A stretch of DNA of 61,358 nt, counting the filler, from Candidatus Omnitrophota bacterium (GTDB taxonomy: Bacteria; Omnitrophota; Gorgyraeia; JAGLLT01): the NCBI GenBank assembly GCA_023140385.1. It is 4 parts of 4 records of this genome, joined end to end, with 100 filler letters (N's around TTAATTAATTAA, not from the genome) between each part and the next. Parts side by side here need not be neighbours in the genome. Positions count along the whole stretch, not along the records: positions 47,531 to 61,358 come from JAGLLT010000049.1; 3 more parts are not named here. One strand, given 5' to 3'. A model generated the notes under the pieces. It ran no database searches. It had not been told where the DNA came from and was given only the letters and a program-made list of their open reading frames with translations. The position numbers and the translations under genes were made by a program. This document shows positions 59,924 to 61,358 of this stretch, in pieces. How positions within the stretch are numbered: position 1 is the first letter of the stretch; each line of letters begins with the position of its first letter.

Positions 59924-60892
59924 ATAAATCTATTTCATGAAGTTGAAAAAATCTGGATAGCTAATAATGGGGAGTTTGAAAATAAATTATCGGATTGGCT
60001 GGATGCTCTTAATTATGGCAATGAATCCCTGCGATTAGCAAAAAAAGAATTTCATCGTTGGAGCTCTCTTAAAGCCTACGTTTCGGTGACGAAGGCTAAA
60101 TCTCGTAGTAGAGCTTTTTTTTCGCTTCGGTTTTTTGGTCAAGAAATTGCCCACCTTATTGTTAAAAACAAAGAAGTTTTTTTACAGCTTAAAGGACATT
60201 GTGTCAAAAATAAGCAATGGTTTGAATTATCTCTTGCGGATGGTGTTTATTCATGGAGAGGTCAAGAGGCTCAATTTTTGAGAAAACATTTTAAGAATCT
60301 GGCTTTTTCTATGAAAGGTATGCCTAAGGTCAAAAGTCCCGAACACCGTATTGAGTCAAAATTTTTAGTTGAGATGTGTAGGGGGGCGGGAAAATTTGGC
60401 CTTGATTCGTTAAGGATCCAGCCAGTTTTGATTGCTAATAAATTCCCCTTACAGATGCCTCTTCCAATATCTGCTAATACCGGTTTTCCAAAGGCCGGAA
60501 ATGGTTATATAGATATTCTTGCCAGGCATAGGTTGAAAAATAACAAGACGAGGCTTTCTGTGTGGGAGTTAAAAAAGCCGGATGCCTATCAACATGCGGC
60601 ATCTCAAGCATATATTTATAGTGTTGTACTTTTGAAGATGCTTCGTCATTCAAGACGAGCTTCTGAGTGGTTCAAATTGTTTGGTTTTAAAAGCCGAATT
60701 CCCGCTTCATTAGAAATAGAGGCGGTTGTTGCCATTTCTCGTAGTAGAGAAGAGAGATTTAAAAGAGAAATAAGTTTTCTTAAAGAGAGTTCTCCTTTAA
60801 AAATAGGCAAAGATTTTATTAAATTGGCGGGTGCTTACTATAGAGAAAAAGCACAATCTATTATTCTTGAAAAGGATCCATTCTTAGAATGA
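59924..60892 (+). CDS. putative PD-(D/E)XK nuclease
   Basis: EHRIES..L, GYIDILAR...VWELK, A..QA..Y; frame open from 59879, GAGGAGG RBS precedes ATA at 59924. Confidence 0.6.
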   Translation: MNLFHEVEKIWIANNGEFENKLSDWLDALNYGNESLRLAKKEFHRWSSLKAYVSVTKAKSRSRAFFSLRFFGQEIAHLIVKNKEVFLQLKGHCVKNKQWFELSLADGVYSWRGQEAQFLRKHFKNLAFSMKGMPKVKSPEHRIESKFLVEMCRGAGKFGLDSLRIQPVLIANKFPLQMPLPISANTGFPKAGNGYIDILARHRLKNNKTRLSVWELKKPDAYQHAASQAYIYSVVLLKMLRHSRRASEWFKLFGFKSRIPASLEIEAVVAISRSREERFKREISFLKESSPLKIGKDFIKLAGAYYREKAQSIILEKDPFLE

Positions 60893-61358
60893 AATTAATA
60901 ATTCATCGTGGAGCTAAAGAGATAGGCGGGAGCTGTGTTGAGCTAAGTACAGTGAATAATAGAATCCTGATTGATTTTGGTATGCCATTGGTCAATGCTG
61001 CTAAACAGCCTTTTGATTCAAATGTTTTAAAGGGGAAGTCTGTTGCCGAGCTTAAGAAAGAAAAAATCCTTCCCAATATTAGAGGTTTGTATAAAAATGA
61101 AGAAAAATGCGTTGACGCGATTTTAATATCCCATTCGCATTTAGATCACTATGGGCTTTTAGGTTATGTCAACCCCGCGATACCGGCCTACATGAGCGAG
61201 GGAGCAAAGGCGCTTATTGAGATCTCTAATATATTTACTCCGAATAAACTTCCCAATATACATATAAAAACTATAAATTCAAAGAGAAGATTTGTTATAG
61301 GTGATTTTGAAATTACCCCTTTTTTGGTAGACCATTCAGCGTTTGACGCGCTTGCCTT
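60889..61358 (+). CDS. N-terminal part of a metallo-beta-lactamase/beta-CASP (RNase J-like) nuclease
   Basis: Manual translation MKLIIHRGAKEIGGSCVEL..ILIDFG..ISHSHLDHYG..VDHSAFDA; runs off window end. Confidence 0.9.
   Translation, partial: MKLIIHRGAKEIGGSCVELSTVNNRILIDFGMPLVNAAKQPFDSNVLKGKSVAELKKEKILPNIRGLYKNEEKCVDAILISHSHLDHYGLLGYVNPAIPAYMSEGAKALIEISNIFTPNKLPNIHIKTINSKRRFVIGDFEITPFLVDHSAFDALA

Overview
The window is four unordered contigs joined by artificial 100-nt N spacers containing TTAATTAATTAA (1-14382, 14483-38543, 38644-47430, 47531-61358). They come from an AT-rich, diderm (lptFG), anaerobic-type bacterium; an Omnitrophota-like MAG is my impression only. Contig 1 is core genome: a rubrerythrin/rubredoxin/desulfoferrodoxin oxidative-stress cluster, ldhA, rlmB-like, HD-GYP, comF-lptF-lptG, pfkA, ahcY and metK. 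Contig 3 is mostly core: typA, a Lol-like ABC system, a LexA/UmuD-type + Y-family polymerase cassette, and rrf2-hcp. Contigs 2 and 4 are defence-island-like arrays, almost entirely on the + strand, and may be one locus because each carries a complementary end of a beta-CASP nuclease gene. They hold a divergent orphan SecY fused to a DUF2007-like domain, RelE/Phd and AbiE toxin-antitoxin pairs, a VF530-exonuclease-Pif1-EngB cassette, a TIGR02391-HerA-NurA-DNA methyltransferase operon, two radC-led restriction-modification loci each with an extra putative nuclease inside, HEPN-like, RloC/SMC-like and PD-(D/E)XK genes, and an att-like tRNA/tmRNA 3' remnant. Many module boundaries and gene truncations coincide with a recurring GGGGAC/GTCCC(C/T)..AATT motif, suggesting cassette-wise assembly. 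The best candidates for undescribed systems are the SecY-DUF2007 fusion, the HerA-NurA-MTase operon and the motif-delimited cassette array. All family assignments are from motif recognition by eye; no searches were run.
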